DNA of 64,000 bases from Candidatus Thorarchaeota archaeon (GTDB taxonomy: Archaea; Asgardarchaeota; Thorarchaeia; Thorarchaeales; Thorarchaeaceae): positions 128,001 to 192,000 of the forward strand of contig RDOC01000002.1 of assembly GCA_011364985.1 (NCBI GenBank), written 5' to 3'. Each line of letters opens with the position of its first letter. The first letter of the stretch is position 1. The notes beneath the pieces were generated by a model, which worked only from the letters and a program-made list of their open reading frames with translations, was not told the DNA's origin and did no database searches. Positions 30,306-40,694 of this stretch are shown piece after piece. Position numbers and translations under genes: made by a program.

Positions 30306-31196
30306 GTGAGTACAATTCGGCTTGAATTTGTAACAACTCAGGGCAAATCTGGCAGTTTCGAAATCGATTCAGAGGAAACTGTGGCTGATTTCAAAGAAAA
30401 CGACATCAGGACAATCGATCTAGCTCCTTTGAACACGTGTTCCAAACTCGAAAGTCTCTCCTTGGCACGTAACAGTATCTCAACTCTAAGTTTCAATCCA
30501 CTTGCAGGACTCACTTCTCTGAAATGGCTAGATCTTAGTCACAATCAACTTGAAAGCATAGATTTGGCCCAGTTAGAACCCTACATGGCCTTGGAACGGT
30601 TATCGCTCTCATACAATCCTCTAAAACGGGTAGATTTGTCACCGATAAGTCACTGCACACAGCTTCAAACGTTAAGACTAACTAGCACACAGCTTCAAAC
30701 TCTTGATCTGAATCCACTAAGGAGCTGTTCCTATCTTGAACAGCTATCTATAGCCTTCAATGAATTGGAAGAAATAGACCTAAGACCCCTAGCAGACTCT
30801 AATCGACTCCAGATTCTATCTATGAATCGAAATCTGTTGAAAGAAGTTGACCTCTTCCCTCTTGGAAAATGTTCTGCCCTGAGGACGCTCAATCTTGGTG
30901 ACAACCAGCTTACGCACATAGAGCTGGAACCACTCCGTACCTGTACGAATCTCCTTTCTCTTATCCTGAACAAAAACAAATTAAAATCCATCAATCTGGA
31001 ACCAATTGGCTCACATAGAAGTCTAAAGGGACTCGACTTGAGCATGAATCAGCTAAAAACGATCAATCTTGTACATCTGCAATATTGCAGCGAGATGCAA
31101 GAAATCAAGCTTTATGACAATCCTCTTGAACACATTATCAAACCAGATTCTCAACGCTCTAGGTCACTTTTAGAAGATCTCTCAAGATCCAAATAG
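30306..31196 (+). CDS. leucine-rich repeat protein (22-aa repeats)
   Basis: About 11 LxxLxLxxNxLxxIDLxPL units. Confidence 0.92.
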   Translation: MSTIRLEFVTTQGKSGSFEIDSEETVADFKENDIRTIDLAPLNTCSKLESLSLARNSISTLSFNPLAGLTSLKWLDLSHNQLESIDLAQLEPYMALERLSLSYNPLKRVDLSPISHCTQLQTLRLTSTQLQTLDLNPLRSCSYLEQLSIAFNELEEIDLRPLADSNRLQILSMNRNLLKEVDLFPLGKCSALRTLNLGDNQLTHIELEPLRTCTNLLSLILNKNKLKSINLEPIGSHRSLKGLDLSMNQLKTINLVHLQYCSEMQEIKLYDNPLEHIIKPDSQRSRSLLEDLSRSK

Positions 31197-31242
31197 CATC
31201 ATCATGGAAGGCCTTAAGAACAGATTAACATCCGAATTCTTG

Positions 31243-31320
31243 GGGCGCGTAGTCTAGCATGGATAAGGCGCCAGCCTTCGAAGTTGGAGGCCCCAGGTTC
31301 GAATCCTGGCGCGCCCGCCA
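31243..31320 (+). tRNA. tRNA-Arg(TCG), intronless
   Basis: GGGCGCG/CGCGCCC-G-CCA, CT TCG AA loop. Confidence 0.95.
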
Positions 31321-31629
31321 TATCTGTTTCTTCTATTCCAAACAATCAAATGGACCGGAATCTAGTATCTAGTGATGTGACCATGCGAAGAATACACATT
31401 GCTTGAGAATATGCTTGTTCTTATCATTCCGTATATATTTTCATGTTAGTCGTCTATTTCTTGGTAAAACCATTTCTCAAACGAAAAATAACAGAGAAGA
31501 TCGCTAATTCTGATTCCACTAGCAAAGAAGAAAACGACGAATAATGGTAAACCGCTTCTCATTTTGGTATCAAACAAGGCATTCTGAAATCAAATTGATG
31601 AATCCAGTACCTTCTCCCTATTTTGGATA

Positions 31630-31848
31630 TCAATCAGCACAAATCAAACACAATCCAAGTAGGAATACGAATTCCAGTGGAATAGAGATGTATAGAAATC
31701 CAACAGAAGCAATTACCCATATTAGTTCTCCAAATGCATCTTCAGGGTAAAAAACATTGACTGTGTAATCAAATAGCCAACCGGTAGCGATGACCCAAGA
31801 TACGAAGCCGATAACCATTAACAAAAGTCTAACATGATACTGCTTCAC
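31630..31848 (-). CDS. small membrane protein or gene fragment
   Basis: Two hydrophobic segments. Confidence 0.4.
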   Translation of the reverse strand: MKQYHVRLLLMVIGFVSWVIATGWLFDYTVNVFYPEDAFGELIWVIASVGFLYISIPLEFVFLLGLCLICAD

Positions 31849-31910
31849 AAAATTGCACGCAGTTCCATATCATAGTCCTAGTTGACTTTAGACTTTTCAT
31901 TTTCACAATC

Positions 31911-32129
31911 TCATTTCTTTCCTAGTTTCTTACTCCATACTTCTATGAAATACTTGAGTGACCTGTCATAGGTTTTCTCCGCATCTTCTGGAAATAGACA
32001 ACCGGGCAATTCCTTATGCTTCCAATGATAGTGAATACAGTCACAACAATAGCCTTGTCTGGAACATCCTGGATATGTACAGCCACATCGGTCCTTATTT
32101 CTTTGAACATTACAAATTCGGCCTGTCAT
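31911..32129 (-). CDS. small Cys-rich protein (DUF6485-like)
   Basis: CxCTYPGCSRxGxCCxCIxYH...LPGCLFP...EKTYDRS. Confidence 0.75.
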   Translation of the reverse strand: MTGRICNVQRNKDRCGCTYPGCSRQGYCCDCIHYHWKHKELPGCLFPEDAEKTYDRSLKYFIEVWSKKLGKK

Positions 32130-32221
32130 CGCAATCTCAAGATGTGTTTCAAGTATTACGATAAAACCTGTTTGGTCTGGTCGATAGCCTAATAGACCCC
32201 GAAGGGCAATCAGCAAACATC

Positions 32222-33004
32222 ATGAATCTCCTAAATGGATTCAGTATTGACCTAACTGGTATTGATAGTAAGAAGCTAAAGGATTCTCGTTTTGCCACAT
32301 TTCAATCATTAATGAGAAACGCCTGCGGCCTGGACGTCGAAATAGAATCCATTGTTCGGTTGAGGAGCAAGAAAAACCTCGTACTTCACATCATCTATAC
32401 TTCTGCAACAAAACCCGAAACATCCAGTTTAATAGCAAAGCTATTCGTTGCAGATACTTTTCAGAACGAGCTTGATCGCCTATCCTCAAGCATAGAGAAC
32501 CGTCTCACAGTACCGAAAGTAATCGCAGCTCAAGGCGGAGTAATCCTAATGGAATTCATCCAAGGAGAACCCCTGGTCGATAGAATAAACCGGACCTTTG
32601 AACCTACAATCGTAGAAACACTAGCCGAATGGTATTATAATTATCATCAAATACATAATCACATCAAGGGTGACCCTCGTCTCAGGAATTTCATATGGAA
32701 TGATGGAATGATTTTTGGTCTTGACTTTGAGGAGTCAAGAGAAGAGCACTGGATACTTGACATCGCAGGGGTTGCAGCAAGCATACTTGATACGGATCCA
32801 ATATTTGATGCCAAGAAACGTGCTTTAGCCTGGATTCTCTTGGACCATTATCTCGGTCTTAGACACATGGAACGGACGTCCAAGGTAGAAAAACTGTTTC
32901 TTGAAACAATGGTCGATACGCTTGCCCAGACTGCTGAATGGAGAAACGACGATAGAATAATGCAAGTCTCGAATCAAATCAGGCAAGAGGGTCTTGATGT
33001 CTGA
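32222..33004 (+). CDS. protein-kinase-like (RIO/Bud32/APH-like) phosphotransferase
   Basis: AK.F lysine, VPKV...ILMEFIQG, KGDPRLRNF catalytic loop, LDFE. Confidence 0.8.
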   Translation: MNLLNGFSIDLTGIDSKKLKDSRFATFQSLMRNACGLDVEIESIVRLRSKKNLVLHIIYTSATKPETSSLIAKLFVADTFQNELDRLSSSIENRLTVPKVIAAQGGVILMEFIQGEPLVDRINRTFEPTIVETLAEWYYNYHQIHNHIKGDPRLRNFIWNDGMIFGLDFEESREEHWILDIAGVAASILDTDPIFDAKKRALAWILLDHYLGLRHMERTSKVEKLFLETMVDTLAQTAEWRNDDRIMQVSNQIRQEGLDV

Positions 33005-33083
33005 TTGGAGCAGAAAACAAAGCCTTCATATTTACGAATGGAACGCATCAACACAACGCAAATTCGGAGAGCATTCATAGAAC

Positions 33084-34361
33084 ATGCAGCAAAGACGGAT
33101 AGCTATCGGAGTGGCAGTTCTCCTAGTTACTGGATTTGCTGTTCTTGGCATCTCTTACTTCTATCTGGGTTCGGAGAGAGATTCCATTCTAAACTTCTAT
33201 GTCTTTGGTGATTCTCAAGGTTATCAGGATGGAATTCATCAAATTGCAGCCATTTCTGCAATCTATAATCCCGATTTTGTCTTCCACTGCGGAGATCTCA
33301 CCCCCTTTGGCCAAGAAAGCCAATATAATGCAGTTATTGACGCACTTGCAGAATTCACCATACCAGTATACACTACTCCAGGGAATCACGATGTCCGACT
33401 GGACGGCGGTACAAGATACCTTGAACACTTCGGACCAGCACTATATTCCTTTGACCTTGGATCAGCTCACTTTGCAGTATTCAACAGCACAACAGGAGAT
33501 ATTCCCGAAGCTGACATTTCTTGGCTTTCGTCAGATTTGGAAGCCTCAGATGCAGAGTTCAAGTTTGTATTTTCCCACATTCCACCCTTTGACCCTCGAC
33601 CAGAGCAAGATCATACGTTTTCCAACTTAACGACAGCATCAAGGTTGATGACCATATTTCAGGAAACGAATGTGACCACAGTCTTTTCAGGACATGTTCA
33701 TATCTTTAACGAGAGCGTTGTTCAAGGTGTCCGTTATGTAATAACAGGCGGGGCAGGTGCAAGCCTCTATGCGAGCCCAGAAAATGGCGGCTATTACCAC
33801 TTCGTAAATGTGACCTTGACAGAGTCCGAATTGCTTATCGAACCTGTGCTGTTAGATGCTCCTTCTCTCCAGCGCAATATGGTTGAAATCAGAAACCAAG
33901 ACGAGAGCTTAACGCTCACGTTAGATGATCTATTAGTGCTTTCAGACTTGGAAGGCTTCTCATCCTTCCAAAATCAATTCGACAATTGGCGAGGGCAAGG
34001 AACATACCGTGGAGTTCTGATTGCAGACCTTCTCAAGTTCGTGGGTGGAATGCAGGAAACTGATATACTACGAGTCACCGCAAATGATGGATATCAATAC
34101 GAATTCTGCTATTCTAATGTCTATCCAAACAGCTCATGGCATGACATTCAGGGTGATATGATACTTGCATATTCCTTCAACGAGACACTTGTTCCCGATT
34201 GGACTGACGGAATGCGATTGGTAATGCTTGTCCCAGACGGAGGCTATAGCAATGAAGACCTGCGGCTCACATCTGCCCCTGGAATGGGCTATTACATCTA
34301 TGAATCTGCAGGCGCAAGCTGGGTTCGTTATGTTTCAAATATCGAGGTGATTCAGCAGTGA
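33084..34361 (+). CDS. membrane-anchored calcineurin-like metallophosphoesterase fused to a sulfite-oxidase/MsrP-fold-like domain
   Basis: GDSQ, GDLT, GNHD, HIPP, GHVH; C-terminal YRGVLIADLL...ANDGY...ILAY...RLV...WVRYVSNIEV. Confidence 0.85.
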   Translation: MQQRRIAIGVAVLLVTGFAVLGISYFYLGSERDSILNFYVFGDSQGYQDGIHQIAAISAIYNPDFVFHCGDLTPFGQESQYNAVIDALAEFTIPVYTTPGNHDVRLDGGTRYLEHFGPALYSFDLGSAHFAVFNSTTGDIPEADISWLSSDLEASDAEFKFVFSHIPPFDPRPEQDHTFSNLTTASRLMTIFQETNVTTVFSGHVHIFNESVVQGVRYVITGGAGASLYASPENGGYYHFVNVTLTESELLIEPVLLDAPSLQRNMVEIRNQDESLTLTLDDLLVLSDLEGFSSFQNQFDNWRGQGTYRGVLIADLLKFVGGMQETDILRVTANDGYQYEFCYSNVYPNSSWHDIQGDMILAYSFNETLVPDWTDGMRLVMLVPDGGYSNEDLRLTSAPGMGYYIYESAGASWVRYVSNIEVIQQ

Positions 34362-35422
34362 ATGCATCAAATAACACTGCAATCACAACCCGCGATATTG
34401 TCACAATCGCAATGCTGAGTTCTTTGGGCGGCGCACTTAGCACATTCGTAGGCTACCTTGGCAATCTCATCAACTTGTCCTTGGGAATCCCCTTTGGAGC
34501 CGGTCAATTCATGGCTGGTCTTCACGTGTTTTGGATTGTACTTATGAGAGTCCTAGTTCCGAAGACCGGTGTTGGATTAGCAGGTGGTGCACTGAAGGGT
34601 CTTGTGGAGCTATTTACTGGGAGCACTCACGGAATTGTCATAGTACTGGTTTCACTTATTCAAGGACTAATCATTGATGTGGGGGCTTCAAGTTTTAGGG
34701 AGTTGAATGGAGTCTCAGTTTCATCTCAAATCGTATGGTGGGTGACTGCAGGGTTCTCTTCTGCCTCAAATGTCCTAGTATTTCAAGCCCTTTACTTCAC
34801 CGGCGCTCCAATAGTGTACATAGCCGTCATGACAATCTTGGCTTTTTGCTCAGGAGTAATATTTGCAGGCTACTTTGCTTGGGAAACATTGGAATTTCTG
34901 AACGAAATCGAAATAATTCCAGCTAATATCAGTAGCAGAGAACCTTCTGCAACGCCTAGAAGAAAGTTGATAGTGCGAAACTTTCCAGCGGTAGCATTTC
35001 TTACATTTATCATTGTAGGCTCTGTCTACTTCACAGTATTCGTTGCAGTAATGCAGACTGACCCATATTCTTGCGAAGTCACTGGACTTGTTGAGAACCC
35101 CTATACCTATCATCAATCAAACTTTGTGGGACAGGAAGTGACAATAGAAGCAGAACTCATTGGCGCATATACCCATCTCGACCCAGCTAATTACACAGGA
35201 ATCCTTCTAGGTACAATCCTGAATTATGCCAATCCAAATTCAGGAGCCACAACGCTCAGGGTGAGTGCCCGGGATGGCTACACCGTCTTGTTTGACTTTG
35301 ACTCAGTGGTGTGTGATAATAGAATGCTTCTGACCGAGAGCGAAGATGGGCTCTGGCTAATTGCAGGTGACTATGATGGAGCATTATGGGTGAGATGGGT
35401 TACCGTTCTAGAAGTATTCTAG
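34358..35422 (+). CDS. ECF transporter S component fused to a sulfite-oxidase-fold-like domain
   Basis: TTRDIVTIAMLSSLGG S-component start, 6-7 TMs, then YTGILLGTIL...ARDGY...WVRWVTVLEV. Confidence 0.8.
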   Translation: MNASNNTAITTRDIVTIAMLSSLGGALSTFVGYLGNLINLSLGIPFGAGQFMAGLHVFWIVLMRVLVPKTGVGLAGGALKGLVELFTGSTHGIVIVLVSLIQGLIIDVGASSFRELNGVSVSSQIVWWVTAGFSSASNVLVFQALYFTGAPIVYIAVMTILAFCSGVIFAGYFAWETLEFLNEIEIIPANISSREPSATPRRKLIVRNFPAVAFLTFIIVGSVYFTVFVAVMQTDPYSCEVTGLVENPYTYHQSNFVGQEVTIEAELIGAYTHLDPANYTGILLGTILNYANPNSGATTLRVSARDGYTVLFDFDSVVCDNRMLLTESEDGLWLIAGDYDGALWVRWVTVLEVF

Positions 35423-35431
35423 GTGTGATAG

Positions 35432-36895
35432 ATGTTAGAAGCTCGTGACTTAGTATTCTCATACGAAGGTACTCAGCCTATCCTTGAAAAAGTCACCATG
35501 CAGCTTCATCCTAGAGAAATTGTGCTCCTAACTGGCCCCACTGGGTCTGGCAAATCAACACTAGCCAAATGTTTGTCAGGTTTCATACCCCGTATGATTA
35601 AAGGGGATTATTCTGGGTCTGTTTTCATCGAGAACAAAGATGTTTCAGATCTTCTGCTATCCGAATACGCAGAGAAGGTTGCATTGGTACAACAGGATCC
35701 CGATGGGCAAATCTGTACTCTAAATGTAGGTGATGAAGTAGCATTTGGTCCCGAGAACTACTGCAAAGATACCAAAGAGATAGAGCGACTTGTAGAATCT
35801 TCTTTGTCATCAGTCAGTTCTTGGCATTTACGAAACCGTTCCACGCATAAGCTATCCGGTGGCGAAAAGCAGAGAATTATCATTGCTGCCATGCTCGCAT
35901 CTGAGCCAGACTATTTGATTCTTGATGAATCTTCGTCAAGTCTGGATCCCAAAGGCACTCTTGAGCTTAGAGATGTTCTTGTTGCTATGAAAGAGAACAA
36001 CTTGGGAATTCTTTGCATAGAACACCAACTGTCTGCATTCTTGCCAATAGCTGACCGGATTTTGCAGATTTCTGAAGGAAAAGTAATTGAAACTCCCCAA
36101 AACAAGACATTTTCTGCAGATATTCCACAGAAATCTTCGGGTATGATCAGGATCGAAAACCCAGAGGAAGTTATTCGAATAGAGAACACAACCTTCTCCT
36201 ATGGAAAACAAATAGCTGTGAATCAGGTTTCACTGATCCTTAATCGAGGAGATTTCGTCGCTCTTATGGGCGATAACGGATCCGGAAAGACTACTCTATT
36301 ATCCATGATAGCTGGTCTGCTTGAGCCAAGCATCGGAAAAGTTTTTCTGAACAGAAAATCCATATCATCATTTGCAAAAAGAGAGATCGCAAAGAGGATC
36401 GGAGTTGTTTTTCAGAATCCTAATCACCAAATTTTCGAGAGAACTGTATGGAAGGAACAAGTCCTTGGTTTGGAAGTTCTTGAATATGATATGGAAGAAA
36501 ATCTGGATAATGCCAAGAACGTTCTCGATGCAATGGGACTTTCTCCTTATAGTGAAAGAAATCCTTTCTCACTGAGTCATGGTCAGAAACGACGCTTGAA
36601 TGTTTCTTCTGTAACTCTCCATGAACCAGAAGTATACCTCTTCGATGAACCTTTCATTGGGCAAGATGCTGATGGGAGGAGAATTATCGCAGAAAAGATG
36701 ACCCGCCGGGTTGAAACAGGGGGCATCTGTGTAGTTGTGACTCATGATCCCACCTTTGCAAGAGAATTCTGTAATCGGATCCTGTTCATGGAAAACGGTT
36801 CAATACTGCTCGATGGGAGCCCACAAGCGGTTCAAGATCGTTTACAGGAAATTGGAAAGCCAGAATATACAGCTCAAGGGGGACAATCAGAGTGA
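35432..36895 (+). CDS. ECF transporter fused double ATPase (EcfA-A')
   Basis: Two ABC cassettes (GPTGSGKST/LSGGEKQR; GDNGSGKTT/LSHGQKRR), QDPD and QNPN Q-loops. Confidence 0.93.
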   Translation: MLEARDLVFSYEGTQPILEKVTMQLHPREIVLLTGPTGSGKSTLAKCLSGFIPRMIKGDYSGSVFIENKDVSDLLLSEYAEKVALVQQDPDGQICTLNVGDEVAFGPENYCKDTKEIERLVESSLSSVSSWHLRNRSTHKLSGGEKQRIIIAAMLASEPDYLILDESSSSLDPKGTLELRDVLVAMKENNLGILCIEHQLSAFLPIADRILQISEGKVIETPQNKTFSADIPQKSSGMIRIENPEEVIRIENTTFSYGKQIAVNQVSLILNRGDFVALMGDNGSGKTTLLSMIAGLLEPSIGKVFLNRKSISSFAKREIAKRIGVVFQNPNHQIFERTVWKEQVLGLEVLEYDMEENLDNAKNVLDAMGLSPYSERNPFSLSHGQKRRLNVSSVTLHEPEVYLFDEPFIGQDADGRRIIAEKMTRRVETGGICVVVTHDPTFAREFCNRILFMENGSILLDGSPQAVQDRLQEIGKPEYTAQGGQSE

Positions 36896-37710
36896 GTACA
36901 CGCTTTGGTTTTGTCCGCAGAGAAGGTACAATCCACAACCTCAACCCTGCAATGAAGCTTCTTTCTCTAACCTTTCTGATGATTAGTATCCTAGTCTATC
37001 CAAGCTGGGTTCTAAGTGGACTGCTACTTCTTGTCAATCTTGTGTCATTTAGAGCTGCTAGGGTTCCAATACGGATCTCATCAAACCGAGTACGGTTTCT
37101 TGTTATTTTTTCATTGGTTTTACTCCTGTTTCAAATCTTTTTGACTCCTAATGGTACAATTTTGACATATATTGTGCCTAAAATTGGTAACATTGGCCCG
37201 TTTATTCCAATAACAAGCTTTGGACTGGAGCGAGGACTATCCATCTCACTCAGATTTCTTCTAATCGTATTCTCAAGTATGCTCTTTATCTCTGTAACAA
37301 ATCCAACGCTACTTGCCCATGCACTCACCAAGTTCAGAATCCCGTACAGGTATAGCTTTGCTCTAGTTATTGCGCTAAGATTTCTTCCTCTCTTTGATAT
37401 GGAAACAAACTTGGTGAGAATGTCTCAGAAATCACGAGGACTTTCTTCAGAAATTGGAGGGCTCAAGAAGATTATAAGAACAATCAGATACACTTTCTAT
37501 CCACTGCTTGTTTCGGCACTATCACGAGTCGAAACTCTCTCGCTATCTATGGATGGGCGGGGATTTGGTTATAGACCAGAACGATCTTACTTGCAGGAGT
37601 CTACATGGTCAAAAACCGATTATCTGGTAATGGCCCTTTCAGTAGGTCTGTTATTCTTCTGCTTTCTCCTAGCACTAGGAATGCTTCCCGAATTGTCTGC
37701 AATTCTATGA
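36892..37710 (+). CDS. ECF transporter transmembrane component T
   Basis: IHNLNPAMKL, IALRFLP, KSRG and DGRGF coupling motifs. Confidence 0.92.
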   Translation: MSTRFGFVRREGTIHNLNPAMKLLSLTFLMISILVYPSWVLSGLLLLVNLVSFRAARVPIRISSNRVRFLVIFSLVLLLFQIFLTPNGTILTYIVPKIGNIGPFIPITSFGLERGLSISLRFLLIVFSSMLFISVTNPTLLAHALTKFRIPYRYSFALVIALRFLPLFDMETNLVRMSQKSRGLSSEIGGLKKIIRTIRYTFYPLLVSALSRVETLSLSMDGRGFGYRPERSYLQESTWSKTDYLVMALSVGLLFFCFLLALGMLPELSAIL

Positions 37711-37716
37711 ATGATT

Positions 37717-39858
37717 CTATCTGTCCTGTTTCACGAGCAAATCTATCGATTCGAGTGCTTCCTCAACGCCGATGTATTCACCATTTTCTATTACTTTCGG
37801 ATAATATTGAGAGTAAAGCTCGAAACACTTTCCCAATGCTATAACATACCTATCAAGGTCGCTCAAGGTCGCTCCGTTTTCCTGTAAATGCCTAACTAGG
37901 TCCTGAGTTGCATCCTTAATGTTACCCTTGACTACTGACCAATTCATTGCCGATCGACGCTTTCTTCTCTTCTTGCAGACAATAACCATATCATAGGCGA
38001 TATTCTTCAAGTCGTGAAGATGCGTTGATGCTCTCATCTCACTTCTGACCGGATATATTGTTGTCACGAAAAGTCCTGAATCCAGAATTGCTTGAAGAAC
38101 GGCAGACCAAGCCTCTTTCTTCTTGTGGTGAAAAGTGAATACAAACACACCATCATCCTTGAGAATTCTATTGCTTTCCGAAAAGACCCGTGTGAGACCG
38201 GCTAGGAAGTCCTCTTTCCCCTTTTTCTGACTACGATTCTCGATGACCTCTTCTTCCCAAGGAACTAGTTTTCCCTTGAACCAAGCATATCTATCCTTCA
38301 ATGCCAATCGAAGCCAAACATAGAAGAAATTTGATAGCTCCGAGTACATAACATTTCCATAGTAAGGGGGGTCTGTGACTACTGCATCTGCTGTTTTATC
38401 TGGTACTTTCATTTGTTCGGATGACCCACAAAGAAGCAAGACTTTCCTTTTGCTGTCAAGCTCAGCATACCTACCAGCCATGGAGGCAACTAATCGTCTT
38501 CCAGAGGGCATCTTGACCATTGATTCGTTTTGAAAGATTCTCTCAAAGGGTGACCTGCAGTACTCCTTTCCTTCAATCACTAAGTTGACAAAGGCCGTAA
38601 ATGCGCCTCTACCTCGCGGCGTGTCATAGCAGTTTGCTTCCACCGGTGACATTGAGGGAGAATATGAGTGAGTTCGAAAGATATCCGTGATGAAACCTCT
38701 TGTCGCATTATATTTGGCGAACTTGTTGTTGTACTTCAGTGAGTTTGAGAAGGCAAGAATAAGAAACTCCTTGACATGCCAATCCTTGAGCGTAAGAATC
38801 CATCTATAGATCTTTCCCAAGTTTAGCAGCTGTCTTTCATTGAACATCTCCCTGAACTTTGTATAGCCATGATTCAGGGCCCGTTTGGTTTCTACACCAT
38901 TGGGAATGGACGTATCTGGAATGGGGAGTTTGACATCTATCTCTCTGAACTCCTTCTTAGCAAGCTCCAATAGTTTAAGGTCTCTTTTGTCCGGGGCTTT
39001 GTAGCCTCTTCCATTCTTCAGATTTGGATTCTTCTTCTTTTCACATTTCTTACAATGGAACTCGATGGCATACATCTTCTCTCTTGGTATGCCATTTTGT
39101 CTGATCCAATCAACAATCTTCTTCGATTTGCATTCTCTGGTATGACAGTAGTAGTCCCGACCAGAAGTGTAGCTTGTTTCTGCAGGGATGAACACATGAT
39201 TACATTTGGGGCACTTCGTTTCGTTTCTTCTGCTAACAGCTTCAAAGATGTTCCAACAATGCTGACAAACGACAATATCTGAATCATTTACTAACGACTT
39301 TGCAAGGAAGAAATTGCGCATTAACGGAATCTCTTTCGCGCAATCTGGACAGGAGAGCTCTTTGCAGTAAAAATAATAAATCCCGTCCGCAAAGTCGCCG
39401 CACTCAGGACATTTTGTCCTGTAGTACTTTCTCAATTCCAGTCCAAGTTCGTTGTCGATCTGAACTAAGGCATCTCTGAGTAAATCAGGATCAATGTCTT
39501 CGATTTGTTTCTTTGTAATAAACCATGAAACAGGGTTCAAATCCCCGGCGACTACCGTGCAGCCAAGCTTCAGGGCCTCAACTACCGTGGTCCCACCGCC
39601 CATCATTGGGTCGAGAACGATCTTGTCTGAGAGATCAATCCCCTTTGGATACCGCTTCCAGAGGTCCTGAATACTTTCGGTTTCAGCTAGTGAGTAGAGA
39701 AGAATGGTACGGAATATGGACCCAAGTCTCCGAGCCCACCATTTATGCATGACGTAAACTGGTCTATAATGCCGTCTTCCAAATCCTGTCGATTCTCTCT
39801 CTGCAATCCTGTTTAATTCTACTATTGGAAATCCAAGCTCAATTGGCCGCTTTGGCAG
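37717..39858 (-). CDS. DUF1156-type adenine-specific DNA methyltransferase with Zn-ribbon insert
   Basis: HKWWARR, LDPMMGGGT (motif I), TDPPY (motif IV), several CxxC; frame extends 36 codons upstream to a CTG after GAGGAGG. Confidence 0.88.
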   Translation of the reverse strand: MPKRPIELGFPIVELNRIAERESTGFGRRHYRPVYVMHKWWARRLGSIFRTILLYSLAETESIQDLWKRYPKGIDLSDKIVLDPMMGGGTTVVEALKLGCTVVAGDLNPVSWFITKKQIEDIDPDLLRDALVQIDNELGLELRKYYRTKCPECGDFADGIYYFYCKELSCPDCAKEIPLMRNFFLAKSLVNDSDIVVCQHCWNIFEAVSRRNETKCPKCNHVFIPAETSYTSGRDYYCHTRECKSKKIVDWIRQNGIPREKMYAIEFHCKKCEKKKNPNLKNGRGYKAPDKRDLKLLELAKKEFREIDVKLPIPDTSIPNGVETKRALNHGYTKFREMFNERQLLNLGKIYRWILTLKDWHVKEFLILAFSNSLKYNNKFAKYNATRGFITDIFRTHSYSPSMSPVEANCYDTPRGRGAFTAFVNLVIEGKEYCRSPFERIFQNESMVKMPSGRRLVASMAGRYAELDSKRKVLLLCGSSEQMKVPDKTADAVVTDPPYYGNVMYSELSNFFYVWLRLALKDRYAWFKGKLVPWEEEVIENRSQKKGKEDFLAGLTRVFSESNRILKDDGVFVFTFHHKKKEAWSAVLQAILDSGLFVTTIYPVRSEMRASTHLHDLKNIAYDMVIVCKKRRKRRSAMNWSVVKGNIKDATQDLVRHLQENGATLSDLDRYVIALGKCFELYSQYYPKVIENGEYIGVEEALESIDLLVKQDR

Positions 39859-39923
39859 GACAGAGCCTCCTCTTTTAAGTACTCATGATGAGTACTACGA
39901 GGCCTTTCAACCTTGCGAGTAGT

Positions 39924-40694
39924 CTACTTCACCTTTCCAACGGGAGCAAGATAGACGGTCATCTCTTCCTCCCCGTCAACGCCTATCAGTTCATCCATAA
40001 GCTTCTGATTATAGGCAGCTATGGCACAGGTTCCAGCTTCTATTGCCTCACAGGCAAGATAGAGATTTTGGCAAATATGACCTGCTTGAATGAGAATGTC
40101 CTTGTAACTCATGATGCTGTAACGCCATTCGGTCTTGTACGGTATAGCAGCCCATACAAAGATTACAGGGGCCTTTCCAATGAATGCTTGATACCAAGCA
40201 TACTCCTCCAGTTCGGCTTCATCGGGAATCTCCTTTGGTACGTGAAGCAATTTATGCTCGATTGGAAGATAGCGATACAATCCTCTCCCCAGGCTCTCAA
40301 CACGATTCACGATCAGGTAGGTTTCGAAGGGTTGACGGCTGCCTCCAGATGGCACAGCACGTTTTGTCCACACCTTATTCGGGTCAATCTCACGAACGCC
40401 CTGTGTCGTCCAGAGCAGAAAGGATAATTCCTCCAAGGAAAGCGCGTCATCAGTGAATGTTCGTCGGCTTTCGCGACTTGCAAGGGCGTCAAACAATGAT
40501 ACCCTGCTCATGTTAAAGTTCTTTGACTCAACTAGATCAATCAAGATGGCACTGGCATCAAAGGGCTTTTCCAACGGCGGAGCATCAAACCCCTTTCTTT
40601 GATCAGGAAGCCACCAGCCCTCGGGTGGAATGGCTTCGTAGTCGTGAGCCTTCAGGAGTTCTCTTCTCTGCTTGATTATCTCATCGTACTTCAT
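39924..40694 (-). CDS. SagB/ThcOx-family dehydrogenase (nitroreductase fold)
   Basis: RESRRTF, RAVPSGG, AGHICQNLYLACEA. Confidence 0.9.
   Translation of the reverse strand: MKYDEIIKQRRELLKAHDYEAIPPEGWWLPDQRKGFDAPPLEKPFDASAILIDLVESKNFNMSRVSLFDALASRESRRTFTDDALSLEELSFLLWTTQGVREIDPNKVWTKRAVPSGGSRQPFETYLIVNRVESLGRGLYRYLPIEHKLLHVPKEIPDEAELEEYAWYQAFIGKAPVIFVWAAIPYKTEWRYSIMSYKDILIQAGHICQNLYLACEAIEAGTCAIAAYNQKLMDELIGVDGEEEMTVYLAPVGKVK

Noticed and set aside
39924-40694. RiPP (azole) biosynthetic cluster around the SagB-like gene
   Set aside because: No YcaO or adjacent precursor; stand-alone SagB-family genes are common in archaea
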